Source: an uncultured delta proteobacterium
GTDB taxonomy: Bacteria > Desulfobacterota > Syntrophorhabdia > Syntrophorhabdales > WCHB1-27
Direction: 5' to 3'
DNA: 64,000 bases
NCBI GenBank assembly: GCA_963810935.1
Contig: CAWEPK010000009.1
Span: 224,001-288,000 of the forward strand
Shown: positions 1 through 10,185 of the stretch, piece by piece
How the letters are laid out: every line of letters starts with the position of its first letter
Position numbering within the stretch: the first letter of the stretch is position 1
Notes under the pieces: model-generated
What the model was told of the DNA's origin: nothing
Seen by the model: only the letters and a program-made list of their open reading frames with translations
The model's database searches: none
Program-made: the position numbers and the translations under genes

Positions 1-339
1 CCGGTAAAGGCCGATTTCGCGCTTATCGAGCACGTCCTTATAAACCTCCTGGAGAACGCGGCCAAGTACAGCCCGCCGGGCAGTGAGATCGCACTCTCCG
101 CCCGCTCAGCGGAAAAGGCAGTGCTGGTAAGCGTCACGGACCACGGCCCGGCCATCCCGACCCGGGAGAGGGAGCGCATTTTCGATAAGTTCTACCGCCT
201 GGAACGGTCGAAGGGCGCGGGTGGCTCCGGGCTGGGCTTGTCGACGTGCAGAGGCATAGTCGAGGCCCACGGCGGCATGATCTGGGTCGATTCCCCCGAC
301 AGCGAAACGAACCGCTTCACCTTTTCCCTGCCCCTTTAG
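1..339 (+). CDS. C-terminal HATPase_c part of a KdpD-type sensor histidine kinase (5' truncated by the window edge)
   Basis: Frame 1 is open from base 1: ...LIEHVLINLLENAAKYSP (N box), DHGPAI (G1), IFDKFYR (F), GSGLGLS (G2). Lies directly upstream of kdpA. Confidence 0.85.
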   Translation, partial: PVKADFALIEHVLINLLENAAKYSPPGSEIALSARSAEKAVLVSVTDHGPAIPTRERERIFDKFYRLERSKGAGGSGLGLSTCRGIVEAHGGMIWVDSPDSETNRFTFSLPL

Positions 340-373
340 CCGCCTTCCGGGCGGCCCGGCATCAGTACCCGTC

Positions 374-411
374 TTTATATTTTATTTATGCGGCCGTACG
401 TTCTTTTTACA
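374..411 (+). promoter_or_regulatory. Probable KdpE-binding direct repeats upstream of kdpA
   Basis: TTTATA(374), TTTATG(385) and TTTACA(406) in roughly 11-bp phase. This resembles the E. coli KdpE box (TTTATA-N5-TTTACA) and sits in an AT-rich promoter region. Confidence 0.55.
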
Positions 412-501
412 ACCAATTAATGCGGAAAGCACTAAATTATACATAACAAAAACTGGCTGGTTGTCTGTCCCCAGGGTGGGGAACTCTACCGGAGGCCGAA
501 A

Positions 502-2199
502 ATGGCGAAAGAGATATTCCTGATTGTTATATACCTAGCGGTCCTTGCACTGCTCGCCCCGCCCCTCGGCCGCTACATCGCGGCGGTGCTGAGCGGCAGG
601 CGGAACGCCCTCTCGTGGCTAGTCCGCCCGGTCGAGGCGGCCGTTTACCGCGTCAGCGGCATAGACGAGAACAGGGAGATGTCCTGGAAGGCGTATTCCG
701 TTGCCTTTCTTCTCTTCAGCGGCGTCAGCTTCGTTGCCCTCTTCCTTCTCCAGCTCCTCCAGGGGCACCTGCCGCTCAACCCCCGCAATTTCGGGGCCGT
801 GCGCTGGGATACGGCCCTCAATACCGCCATTTCCTTTGTGACGAACACGAACTGGCAGGCCTACGGCGGCGAGAGCACGATGAGCTACCTGACCCAGATG
901 CTTGGCCTGACCGTCCAGAACTTCGTCTCGGCCGCCGCCGGGATCGCGGTCCTGCTGCCGCTCATCAGGTGCTTCACCGCAAAAATGAAAGATACGGTCG
1001 GGAATTTCTGGGTCGATATGACCCGCTCGGTGCTCTACATACTGCTTCCTTTAAGCATCATACTTTCCCTCGTCCTTGCCTCTCAGGGCGCGGTGCAGAC
1101 GCTCGGCGATTACGTCAATGCTGCAACCCTTGAAGGCGGCCGGCAGGTCATCGCGGTCGGTCCTGCGGCGTCTCAGGTGGCGGTCAAGCAGCTCGGCTCC
1201 AACGGGGGCGGCTTCTTCAACGCCAATTCCGCGCACCCCTTCGAGAACCCCAACGACCTGACTAACTTCCTTGAGCTGCTCTCGATACTGCTGATCCCTG
1301 CCGCGCTGCCGCTTGCTATGGGCAGGATGCTCGGCAACAGGCGACAGGGCTGGGCCATCTTCGCCGCTATGGCGGTCCTTTTCACGATCGGCCTGGCCCT
1401 TGCCTTCGCCGCCGAATGGCAGACGAGCCCATTCCTCGCAAAGCTGGGCATTACAGGCAATATGGAAGGGAAAGAGGTCCGCTTCGGCATAGGCCAGTCG
1501 GTGCTCTGGGGCCAGTCGACCACGGTCACTTCCAACGGCTCCTTAAACGCCATGCAGGACAGCATGATGCCGCTCACCGGGCTCGTCTACATGTTCAACA
1601 TGGCTGTCGGCGAGGTGATTTTCGGCGGCGTCGGCGTCGGGCTGATCGGCATGGTTATGTATGCGATCCTCGCCCTTTTCCTCGCGGGCCTGATGGTCGG
1701 CCGCACGCCGGAATTCCTGGGAAAGAAGCTCGAATCGAGGGAGATGATAATGGCCGTTGTCGTCGTCGTGGCCCCCGCCATTGCGAGCCTCGTATTCGCA
1801 GGCATCGCGGTCGTTGCGCGTGCGGGCCTTTCGGGCTTGAACAACGCGGGGCCGCACGGCCTGTCAGAGATACTCTATACGTTTTTCTCGTCCTGCGGCA
1901 ACAACGGCTCGGCCTTCGCGGGGGTAAATGTGAACACGCCGTTCTATAACCTGACGACGGGCTTCTGCATGATCGTGGGGCGCTTCCTGACGATACTGCC
2001 CGCCCTCGCGGTCGCAGGCTCGCTCGCATCGAAGAAGATCATACCGCCGAGCTCGGCCACGTTCCCGACGGCCGGCCCGCTTTTCATATGCATGCTCGCG
2101 GCCGTAGTCGCCATTGTCGGCGCCCTTACGTTCTTTCCGGCCCTCGTGCTCGGGCCCATCCTCGACCACCTCCTGCTGATGTCGGGCAGGACCTTCTAA
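502..2199 (+). CDS. kdpA: Potassium-transporting ATPase subunit A
   Basis: Motifs [29 protein letters not shown] and NNGSAF; GGAGG RBS; 565 aa membrane protein. Confidence 0.97.
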   Translation: MAKEIFLIVIYLAVLALLAPPLGRYIAAVLSGRRNALSWLVRPVEAAVYRVSGIDENREMSWKAYSVAFLLFSGVSFVALFLLQLLQGHLPLNPRNFGAVRWDTALNTAISFVTNTNWQAYGGESTMSYLTQMLGLTVQNFVSAAAGIAVLLPLIRCFTAKMKDTVGNFWVDMTRSVLYILLPLSIILSLVLASQGAVQTLGDYVNAATLEGGRQVIAVGPAASQVAVKQLGSNGGGFFNANSAHPFENPNDLTNFLELLSILLIPAALPLAMGRMLGNRRQGWAIFAAMAVLFTIGLALAFAAEWQTSPFLAKLGITGNMEGKEVRFGIGQSVLWGQSTTVTSNGSLNAMQDSMMPLTGLVYMFNMAVGEVIFGGVGVGLIGMVMYAILALFLAGLMVGRTPEFLGKKLESREMIMAVVVVVAPAIASLVFAGIAVVARAGLSGLNNAGPHGLSEILYTFFSSCGNNGSAFAGVNVNTPFYNLTTGFCMIVGRFLTILPALAVAGSLASKKIIPPSSATFPTAGPLFICMLAAVVAIVGALTFFPALVLGPILDHLLLMSGRTF

Positions 2200-2210
2200 G
2201 GAGGCCGGAC

Positions 2211-4247
2211 ATGGAAGAAAAACCGATCAGCATCTGGCAGACGAAGTTAATCAAATCGGCTATAGCAGGCGCGTTCAGGCGGCTCGACCCCCTGCTCCTC
2301 TGGCGCAACCCGGTCATGCTCGTCGTAGAGATCGTCTCCGTTGTAACAACGGTCATAGCGATAGGCAACCTTTTTTACGGCGGCCCTTTCGGGCTCAACC
2401 TGCAGATCAGCATCTGGCTCTGGTTCACCGTGCTTTTCGCCACCTTCGCGGAGGCCCTTGCGGAAGGCAGGGGCAAGGCGCAGGCGGAGACACTGCGTAA
2501 GGCGCAGACAGAGGCATACGCCTATAAACTGGTGGACGGGGACAGGACCGAGAAGGTGCCCGCCCTATCGCTGCGGAAGGACGACATAGTGGTCATGGAA
2601 GACGGCGACCCTGTCCCCGGCGACGGCGAGATCATCGAGGGGGTGGCCCTCGTCGATGAATCGGCCGTAACGGGGGAGTCGGCCCCGGTCATACGGGAGG
2701 CCAAAGGCGACCGCAGCGCGGTCACCGGGGGCACCCGCGTCCTTTCCGGCAAGGTCAAGGTAATGATCACGGCGAACCCCGGCGAGACCTTCCTCGATCA
2801 TATGATCTCGATGGTGGAGAGCGCGAAACGGCAGAAGACACCCAACGAAGTCGCGCTGGAGATCCTGCTCGTCGGGCTGACCGTCCTCTTCATCGTGGTC
2901 GTCGCCACGCTATCGCCTTTCGCAATGTACAGCGGCGTTGCCATCGCAGTGCCCGTGCTCGTTGCCCTGCTCGTCTGCCTCATACCGACGACCATCGGCG
3001 GCCTCCTGCCCGCCATAGGGATCGCAGGCATGGACCGGCTGATAAGGCACAACGTCATAGCCCTCTCCGGCCGCGCGGTCGAGGCGGCGGGCGACGTAGA
3101 CGTCGTGCTCCTCGACAAGACGGGGACCATCACCCTGGGCAACCGCATGGCGACCGATTTCATACCTGCCGACGGGGTAGCCAGGGATGAGCTTGCGGAG
3201 GCAGCCCTCCTCTCGTCGCTGGCCGACGAGACGCCGGAAGGGCGCTCTATCGTGGCCCTCGCCAAGCACTTCCTCTCGATACGCGGCCGGGACATCAAGA
3301 CGCCGGACGCCTCGTGCTTCATACCATTTACCGCGGAGCTGCGCATGAGCGGCGTCTCCCTCGAAGGGCGCGAGATACGAAAAGGGGCCACGGACGCAGT
3401 CGCCGCTTACGTGAAATCCAAGGGCGGCACGATCCCGGAGAGCATCGACCAGGCGGCCCAGGTCGTCGGAAGGGAAGGCGGGACGCCCCTCGTTGTGGCC
3501 GATTCGTCGCGCGCCCTAGGCGTCATCCAGTTGAAGGACGTGCTGAAGGAGGGCATCAAGGAGAGGCTGAACCAACTGCGCCTCATGGGCATCCGCTCGA
3601 CGATGATAACGGGAGACAACCCGCTCACCGCAGCGGCCATCGCCGCTGAGGCAGGCATCGATGATTTCGTCGCCCAGGCGAAACCCGAAGAAAAGCTGCG
3701 GCTCATCCGCAAGTACCAGGCGGAAGGCCACCTGGTGGCGATGATCGGAGACGGGACAAACGACGCGCCCGCGCTGGCGCAGGCCGACGTTGCGGTCGCA
3801 ATGAACGCGGGCACCCAGGCGTCGCGTGAGGCGGCCAATATGGTGGACCTCGATTCGAACCCGACCAAGCTCCTCGATATAGTCGAGATCGGCAAGCAGA
3901 TACTCATGACAAGGGGGGCGCTGACTACTTTCAGCGTGTCGAACGACGTGGCCAAGTACTTTGCCATTATCCCGGCCATTTTCGTGCAGGTCTTTCCCGC
4001 TCTGGCTATCCTGAACGTGATGCGCCTCAGTACGCCGGAGAGCGCCATCCTTTCGGCGATCATATTCAACGCGATTATCATACCCCTTCTGATACCGCTG
4101 GCGCTGAAAGGGATCAAGTACCGGCCGATCACGGCAAAGGCGCTCCTCTGGCGGAACCTGTTTATTTACGGCCTCGGAGGCGTGGTCCTGCCTTTCATCG
4201 GCATCAAACTGATCGACTTGGCCGTTGTTTTCCTGCATTCGGTATAA
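2211..4247 (+). CDS. kdpB: Potassium-transporting P-type ATPase subunit B
   Basis: [17 protein letters not shown] phosphorylation motif and [11 protein letters not shown]. Start moved to ATG 2211, which follows AGGAGG. Confidence 0.97.
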   Translation: MEEKPISIWQTKLIKSAIAGAFRRLDPLLLWRNPVMLVVEIVSVVTTVIAIGNLFYGGPFGLNLQISIWLWFTVLFATFAEALAEGRGKAQAETLRKAQTEAYAYKLVDGDRTEKVPALSLRKDDIVVMEDGDPVPGDGEIIEGVALVDESAVTGESAPVIREAKGDRSAVTGGTRVLSGKVKVMITANPGETFLDHMISMVESAKRQKTPNEVALEILLVGLTVLFIVVVATLSPFAMYSGVAIAVPVLVALLVCLIPTTIGGLLPAIGIAGMDRLIRHNVIALSGRAVEAAGDVDVVLLDKTGTITLGNRMATDFIPADGVARDELAEAALLSSLADETPEGRSIVALAKHFLSIRGRDIKTPDASCFIPFTAELRMSGVSLEGREIRKGATDAVAAYVKSKGGTIPESIDQAAQVVGREGGTPLVVADSSRALGVIQLKDVLKEGIKERLNQLRLMGIRSTMITGDNPLTAAAIAAEAGIDDFVAQAKPEEKLRLIRKYQAEGHLVAMIGDGTNDAPALAQADVAVAMNAGTQASREAANMVDLDSNPTKLLDIVEIGKQILMTRGALTTFSVSNDVAKYFAIIPAIFVQVFPALAILNVMRLSTPESAILSAIIFNAIIIPLLIPLALKGIKYRPITAKALLWRNLFIYGLGGVVLPFIGIKLIDLAVVFLHSV

Positions 4248-4257
4248 GGAGGGGCGC

Positions 4258-5259
4258 ATGAAGGAACTTATCCGGGCCATTCTCATCTTTGTCGTATTCT
4301 CGGTAATCACGGGCCTCGCCTACCCACTGGGCATCACGGGCGCGGCCAGGCTCTTTTTTGCAGACAAGGCCGCAGGCAGCCTGATTACGGACAAGGGGCG
4401 CGTAGTCGGGTCCGCGCTCATCGGGCAGAAATTCGCGAGCGCCCGTTATTTCAACAGCCGGCCTTCGGCAAACGATTATGACGCGACGAACTCAGGCGGC
4501 TCCAATTTCGGGCCTGCCAGCGCAAAACACTTAAAGGAAGTGGCTGCGAGGGTGAAAAAGGAGCGCGATGATAACGGCATTGCCCCCGGCGCAGCCGTAC
4601 CTGCCGACCTGGTGCTCGCCTCGGCAAGCGGGCTCGACCCGCACATCACGATTGAAGCGGCCCTTGTCCAGGTGTCGAGGGTCGCCGCCAGCCGGGGCCT
4701 TGTGCCGGAAGACCTGAAGGCGCTCGTAGAATCTGCGGCAGAGGGGACATATGTGGGCGGGCAGCGCAGGGTCAACGTAGTCCGGCTGAACATGGCGACC
4801 GACAGGCTCCAGGAGGCAGCAAAAACGCTGATGCAGGACAAAGAGGCTATTTTCGACTACCTGGCTTCGAGGATCATCGGTACGGACGATTACAATTTCA
4901 GGCACTACCTCAAAGAGTGCGTTGGGCGCCTGCCTCTCGAAGACCTACGCGCCGTGGCCTACGAAAGGAACGTGCATATCCTTGTGACTGCGGGAAACGC
5001 CGTCATCGGCCTCGACCGGGTCCTTTACGACCAGGGCAAGGGCGACATGGTGCTCGTCGTCTTCACGTCGAATTTCAGCAAGATGCCTGCCCACGAGATA
5101 GTCTACATCATAGCCCACGAGTTGGCCCACGTATTCTTAGGGCATTACGACAGTAAGAAGTGGAGGGGCAAGCACGGCGAGGCGGAGGCGGACCGGCAGG
5201 TAATTAAATGGGGCCTGGAGAGGGAATTAAAGGAATCGGCCTCGGCTTATCTTCACTAG
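4258..5259 (+). CDS. kdpC: KdpC fused to a C-terminal HExxH zinc-metallopeptidase-like domain
   Basis: First ~190 aa are KdpC (GSALIGQKF, YFNSRPSA, SGGSNFGP, ASASGLDPHI, VNVVRLN). The frame continues without a stop for ~140 aa carrying HELAH and EAEAD. ATG 4258 follows AGGAGG. Confidence 0.85.
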   Translation: MKELIRAILIFVVFSVITGLAYPLGITGAARLFFADKAAGSLITDKGRVVGSALIGQKFASARYFNSRPSANDYDATNSGGSNFGPASAKHLKEVAARVKKERDDNGIAPGAAVPADLVLASASGLDPHITIEAALVQVSRVAASRGLVPEDLKALVESAAEGTYVGGQRRVNVVRLNMATDRLQEAAKTLMQDKEAIFDYLASRIIGTDDYNFRHYLKECVGRLPLEDLRAVAYERNVHILVTAGNAVIGLDRVLYDQGKGDMVLVVFTSNFSKMPAHEIVYIIAHELAHVFLGHYDSKKWRGKHGEAEADRQVIKWGLERELKESASAYLH

Positions 5260-5276
5260 CACGCCAATTCATCACA

Positions 5277-7313
5277 TCACGCATTGACCCATCGAAACGC
5301 TCCCAGCGCCGACAAGCTCGCGATCGCGCCGAGCATACGCCGCTGGTCGAGAAGCAGGTTCTTGTACTCGTAGCGCACCCCGATGAGGCCCACGACCGCG
5401 TCCTCGGACTTCATGGGCAGAAAGAACGCCTTCGCATTCGCCAGCGTCTCGGTGCCGGCGCCGGCCGCTTTCCCATTTATCATCGCCCACTGGGCCACGG
5501 TCATCTCGTGCGGGTCGAGGTCCGGCCCGTCTCCGGTCCTGGCCCAAACGCGGAGCCTGCCGTCCGGTCCGGGGAAGAGAATAAACGCGGGGGCATCTAT
5601 CACCCTCGCGACGTATTTTATGATGATGTGGCTCACGTCGTCGAGCACGGTCGTCCGGAGCAGGGAAAGGACGTTCTTCCATTCCTCGCCGTACGGCGTA
5701 AGTCCGCCTATCAATTGCTCCACGGGCGGGAGCATCAGGAATTCCTTGCTCATCTGCTCTATCAGCCTGACGCGCTCCAGGCGGAGGTTGAGTGTGAAGG
5801 TCTGCCGTTTCGTAACCTTGACGAGCTGCCCGACGACCAGAGCCGTCAAGAGGAAGACAATTGCGCTGACTACGTCATGGGCGTGGTACATACTGAAACT
5901 GTAGCGCGGCTCGGTAAACAGGAAATCGAAGGCGACGAGGCCCACGACGGAGGCGAAGATCGACGGGCCGGTGCCGAACCGGAGGGCCGCAAAAATAGTG
6001 GCGATGAGGTAGATAAATACCAGGGCGACCGGCTCGGTGATGCGCACCAGGCCGAAGTTTGCAAGCGTCAGGACGGCGACCATGCCTAAACTGCTAACGT
6101 AGTCCATCGTCTTGACGGTCATCTTTCTCGGGCGTGCAGCGGCCGTCTCTTCCTTCTCCTTCACGGGGCTGACAAGGTGCAGCTCGAACTGCGCCGGCGC
6201 GTGGAGCAGCTTTTGCACGGGCGACCCCTTGAAAAATTCCCGAAGCGTGGAGCCGAGAGGCTTACCCACGACTACCCTCGTGATATTGTTCTCCCTTGCG
6301 AACTTCAATATCTCGGCTGCCACGTCGCTTCCGAGAAGGGTCATGACCTTCGCCCCCAACTCTTCCGCCACGTTAAGCGCTTCCGACAGGTAGAGCTTTT
6401 CCTTATCGGTAAGCTCCGTCAGCGAGTTGGAGGAGACGTAGACCGCGTACCATTCGGCGTTGGCGTCCTTTGCTATCGTATATGCCTTCCTGAGAAGCTG
6501 CACTGCGTAGGGGCTAGCGCCGATGCAGGCCATCACCCGCTCGCCCGCCGGCCACGGGCCGGCAATGGCCTTCGCCCTCATGTAGTTGAGGAGCTCCGTG
6601 CCCATCTTCCTGGCCACGAGGGTGAGCGTAAGCTCGCGCAACGCCACGAGGTTTCCGCGCTGGAAAAAATTATCCATGGCCCGCCGCGCCCGCTCGGGCA
6701 CGTATACCTTGCCCTCCTTAAGGCGCTGGGTAAGCTCTTCGAGGGGTATATCGATCACCTGGACCTCATCGGCCCGGTCGAGTATCGTATCGGGCACGCT
6801 CTCCTGTACGCGGACGCCGGTGATCTGCGCCACCACGTCGACCTGGCTCTCGAAATGCTGGATGTTTACGGCAGTATAGACGTCCAGTCCGCTCTCTAAT
6901 AGCTCTTCCACGTCCTGGTATCGCTTCGGGTGCCTGCTTCCGGGGGCGTTCGTATGGGCCAGCTCGTCCACGAGCACCACCGCGGGCTTCCTGCGCAGCG
7001 TGGCGTCTGAGTTGAATTCTTTCAGCATTATCCCGCCGTACGGGACATCCCGCAGCGGGACCATTTCAAGCCCTGCGACGAGCGCGTCCGTCTCGGCCCT
7101 GCCGTGCGTCTCGACGATGCCGACCACGACGTCCTCCCCCCTGTTCCTGAGGACGTGCGCCTCCTGGAGCATCGTATATGTCTTGCCGACACCGGGCGCG
7201 TAGCCGAGAAATATCTTAAGCCTGCCCCTTTTGGCCTCCTCGCGGTTCACCTCCGCAAGCAAAGCATCAGGGTCCGGCCGCCCGTCCTTGCCTGTCTCCG
7301 TCCGCTCTTTCAT
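5277..7313 (-). CDS. kdpD: KdpD sensor portion (KdpD N-domain, Usp, 4-TM DUF4118, GAF-like) lacking the histidine-kinase core
   Basis: GRLKIFLGYAPGVGKTY, VDELAHTN, RYQDVEELL, NFFQRGNLVALREL and FDFLFTEPRYSF. Ends after a GAF-like GAGTETL segment with no H-box or HATPase. Confidence 0.9.
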   Translation of the reverse strand: MKERTETGKDGRPDPDALLAEVNREEAKRGRLKIFLGYAPGVGKTYTMLQEAHVLRNRGEDVVVGIVETHGRAETDALVAGLEMVPLRDVPYGGIMLKEFNSDATLRRKPAVVLVDELAHTNAPGSRHPKRYQDVEELLESGLDVYTAVNIQHFESQVDVVAQITGVRVQESVPDTILDRADEVQVIDIPLEELTQRLKEGKVYVPERARRAMDNFFQRGNLVALRELTLTLVARKMGTELLNYMRAKAIAGPWPAGERVMACIGASPYAVQLLRKAYTIAKDANAEWYAVYVSSNSLTELTDKEKLYLSEALNVAEELGAKVMTLLGSDVAAEILKFARENNITRVVVGKPLGSTLREFFKGSPVQKLLHAPAQFELHLVSPVKEKEETAAARPRKMTVKTMDYVSSLGMVAVLTLANFGLVRITEPVALVFIYLIATIFAALRFGTGPSIFASVVGLVAFDFLFTEPRYSFSMYHAHDVVSAIVFLLTALVVGQLVKVTKRQTFTLNLRLERVRLIEQMSKEFLMLPPVEQLIGGLTPYGEEWKNVLSLLRTTVLDDVSHIIIKYVARVIDAPAFILFPGPDGRLRVWARTGDGPDLDPHEMTVAQWAMINGKAAGAGTETLANAKAFFLPMKSEDAVVGLIGVRYEYKNLLLDQRRMLGAIASLSALGAFRWVNA

Positions 7314-7480
7314 AGGTACATTGCCTCGTACGTATTATACGACATTTCTTTTTGCGACTAGCACAATAAAGAAGCTAAACCAGTGCCTTGGACGCGTCGG
7401 TGCATGACCTCGCTGCACCCCATCCGGCGGACCGACGTATTGTTCTTCAGGCGGTCGCCCGCCCTCACCCTGTATGGAAG

Positions 7481-7509
7481 TTGACGTTTAGGGGCTATCA
7501 GGGTAATAT
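7481..7509 (+). promoter_or_regulatory. sigma70-type promoter of tolB
   Basis: TTGACG-N17-TAATAT ending ~32 nt upstream of the tolB ATG. Confidence 0.6.
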
Positions 7510-7541
7510 TGTATGAGACAAATCTCACACTTGGAGTCATC

Positions 7542-8828
7542 ATGAGTAAGTTCGCAACATTTGGCCTCCTCGCAGCCCTGGCGGTAACCATTGCGCTTTT
7601 CGCGCCTCCGGCTGACGCGAAGGTCTATCTCGATGTATACGGCCAGTCGTACAAGAAGATTACGATAGCGGTGCCGCCTTTTGCGGCGGAGGGGCAGCCC
7701 AGGCCCGACGTGAGCGAGCTTCTGGCCCACGACCTCGACCTGTCCGGCTTCTTCGTCGTCGCGTCCCGCTCTCTTATCAGCGCCGATCTGGCCGCGGAAA
7801 GCGTTGACAAAAGGAGCATAAGGTTCGACCAGTGGCGGTCCCTGGGCGTGGAGCTTCTTTGCAAGGCCGTGATCCAGGAGAAAGATAACGGCTTCTCCGT
7901 CGAGGCGTACTTATACGACGCGAGCGACGGAACGCTCCTTTTCGCGAAAAAGTACCGGGCGGCGCCGCAAGAATGGAGGCGGATCGTCCACAGGCTCGCC
8001 GACGAGATAATACTGACAGTCACGGGCGAGAAAGGCATCATGGGCTCCAGGGTGCTTTTTGTCTCCGGGGACAGGCGCCACCGCGACGTCTGCGTGGCGG
8101 ACCTCGACGGCTACGGGGTCAGGAAGTTGACCAACCAGAACCAGATCATCGTCTCCCCGTCCGTCTCGCCGGACGGAAGGTACCTGGCCTATACGTCGTA
8201 CAGGGAAGGAAGGCCAAACCTTTACGTAGTCGATTACGCGACGGGCAGGGAAGTCTACACGGACAAGCAGGAGGGGACGAAGGTCGGGGCGACCTGGATG
8301 AATGCAAAAACCCTGGCATACGCCCACATCATCGGAAAGGTATCGACCATCTACGCAGCCAACGTCGAGACGAAGGAGCGAAAGGTGCTCCTTAAGAAAG
8401 ACGGCATCCTTACCTCACCCACCTTCAGCCCGGACGGGTCAAAGATGGCTTTCGTCTCCGATATGCACGGCGGCCCGAACATCTTTATCATGGACATTGC
8501 GACGGGCGATACGAAGCGCATCTCCTTTTTCGGCAACTATAACACCTCGCCGGCTTTTTCACCGAAAGGCGACCTGATCGCTTTCGTCTCGAAGACCGAG
8601 GGGGCCCTGGAGATATGCGTCATGAGGCCGGACGGGTCGAACGCGCGGGTGCTCAGCGACGGCGGCGTCAACGATTCGCCCCAGTTCTCGCCCTGCGGCA
8701 GGTATATCCTCTATTCTTCTCAGAAAGGTAAAAAGTATTCCATCGGCATGATGCTCCACAACGGCGAGAACAAGAGGGAGCTGAAATTCACGAACGCCGA
8801 AGATACACAGCCTAAATTCATGCCTTAA
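7542..8828 (+). CDS. tolB: Tol-Pal beta-propeller protein TolB
   Basis: Signal peptide (..PADAK), TolB N-domain (DLDLSGFF) and PD40 repeats (SPSVSPDG, SPTFSPDG, SPAFSPKG); upstream of pal. Confidence 0.93.
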   Translation: MSKFATFGLLAALAVTIALFAPPADAKVYLDVYGQSYKKITIAVPPFAAEGQPRPDVSELLAHDLDLSGFFVVASRSLISADLAAESVDKRSIRFDQWRSLGVELLCKAVIQEKDNGFSVEAYLYDASDGTLLFAKKYRAAPQEWRRIVHRLADEIILTVTGEKGIMGSRVLFVSGDRRHRDVCVADLDGYGVRKLTNQNQIIVSPSVSPDGRYLAYTSYREGRPNLYVVDYATGREVYTDKQEGTKVGATWMNAKTLAYAHIIGKVSTIYAANVETKERKVLLKKDGILTSPTFSPDGSKMAFVSDMHGGPNIFIMDIATGDTKRISFFGNYNTSPAFSPKGDLIAFVSKTEGALEICVMRPDGSNARVLSDGGVNDSPQFSPCGRYILYSSQKGKKYSIGMMLHNGENKRELKFTNAEDTQPKFMP

Positions 8829-8841
8829 AAGGAGGGTCAGG

Positions 8842-9411
8842 ATGAAAAAGAGTCTGTTCCCACTAATGTTAGCAGCAACTATCCTGCTCTTTTATGGATG
8901 CTCATCGAATAAGCCTTATACTCCCATCGCGGAGCGGGCGGGGGGCCAGCAGCAGGCAGTCGAGCAGCCGTCCGGCGCAACCGCGGGCGAAAATCAGGGC
9001 GGGATAAGCGAAGAAGAGCTTGCGCGCGCGGAAAGGGAAAGGCAGAGGCTGGCCTCGGAAAGGATGGCTGCCGCGGCCTCGCACCTTCCGGACATCTATT
9101 TCGACTTCGACAGCTACATCATCCGCAACCAGGACATGCCTACGTTGAAGGAAATGGCCGATTGGCTGGCGAAGAACCAGGGAGTCAAGGTAGTGGTAGA
9201 GGGCTATTGCGATGAGAGGGGTACTACCGAGTACAACCTTGCCCTCGGGCAGAAGAGGGCCGAGGCCGCGAAAGATTACCTCGTCAGGTCGGGAGTCCCC
9301 GCGAACAGGGTAAGGGCCACCTCATACGGCAAGGAGGCCCCCGTAGATCAGGACCACACTGAAGAAGCCTGGGCAAAAAACAGGCGCGACCATTTCACAA
9401 CACAACAATAA
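8842..9411 (+). CDS. pal: Peptidoglycan-associated lipoprotein
   Basis: Lipobox FYGC; IYFDFDS, EGYCDERGTTEYNLALGQKRA, SYGKE and AWAKNRR. Confidence 0.96.
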   Translation: MKKSLFPLMLAATILLFYGCSSNKPYTPIAERAGGQQQAVEQPSGATAGENQGGISEEELARAERERQRLASERMAAAASHLPDIYFDFDSYIIRNQDMPTLKEMADWLAKNQGVKVVVEGYCDERGTTEYNLALGQKRAEAAKDYLVRSGVPANRVRATSYGKEAPVDQDHTEEAWAKNRRDHFTTQQ

Positions 9412-9423
9412 GGAGGGGTCCAG

Positions 9424-10185
9424 ATGAGATTCTTTCCAATTCTTTTGATCGCCCTTCTCGTAGCGGGCTGCGCTTCATCGGGAGAGGTGAGTCAGGTAAG
9501 GCAGGACGTAACTTCGGTTTACAGCGAGCAGACAAGCTATATCCAGAAGACGGACAACCGCCTTACCCGTCTCGAGAAGGAGATGAAAGACCTGGAGAAA
9601 ACCATCGGCACCCCGGAATCCGGCATGAGGAAACAGGTGATCGACCTGTCCGTAGCCGGAGACAACAGGGACGAGAAGATCAGGACGATCCTCGGCAGGC
9701 TCGACGAACTGGAATCGCAGTTGCGCGCGTACTGGGAAGAGGTGAAGGGAGAGCTGAGGGAGATGAGGAAGGGTCGCCAGGGGGCAAGCGCGGCCCCGAC
9801 CGCGGCGACGCCTGAAGACCTTTACAAGCAGGCCTTCGACAGCTTCCAGAAGGGGGCATACAAGGAAGCGGTGGCCCAGTTTACGGAATTCGTGCAGAAA
9901 TCCCCCGACTCACCCCTTGCCCAGAACGCCTATTACTGGATGGGCGAGAGCTACATGAACATGAAGGCGTATGAGAAGGCGATTGTCCAGTTCCAGGAAG
10001 TAATCGACAAATACCCGAAGAGCGATAAAGCGGCCAGGGCCATGATCAGGCAGGCTGAAGGCTTTGCCGCAATAGGCGATAAAAAAAGCTCCTCGACCAT
10101 CCTGAAGAAGGTCGAGGAGCTTTTCCCGAAGACTGAAGAAGCCCGCCTCGCGGACCGGATGTTAAGGGGCGGCGCCCTCGACTAG
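9424..10185 (+). CDS. cpoB: Tol-Pal-associated coiled-coil/TPR protein (CpoB/YbgF)
   Basis: Lipobox VAGC, coiled coil, TPRs ([18 protein letters not shown]); follows pal. Confidence 0.9.
   Translation: MRFFPILLIALLVAGCASSGEVSQVRQDVTSVYSEQTSYIQKTDNRLTRLEKEMKDLEKTIGTPESGMRKQVIDLSVAGDNRDEKIRTILGRLDELESQLRAYWEEVKGELREMRKGRQGASAAPTAATPEDLYKQAFDSFQKGAYKEAVAQFTEFVQKSPDSPLAQNAYYWMGESYMNMKAYEKAIVQFQEVIDKYPKSDKAARAMIRQAEGFAAIGDKKSSSTILKKVEELFPKTEEARLADRMLRGGALD

Noticed and set aside
340..501. kdpF or a c-di-AMP riboswitch before kdpA
   Set aside because: No ~30-aa hydrophobic ORF and no ydaO-type motif are visible.
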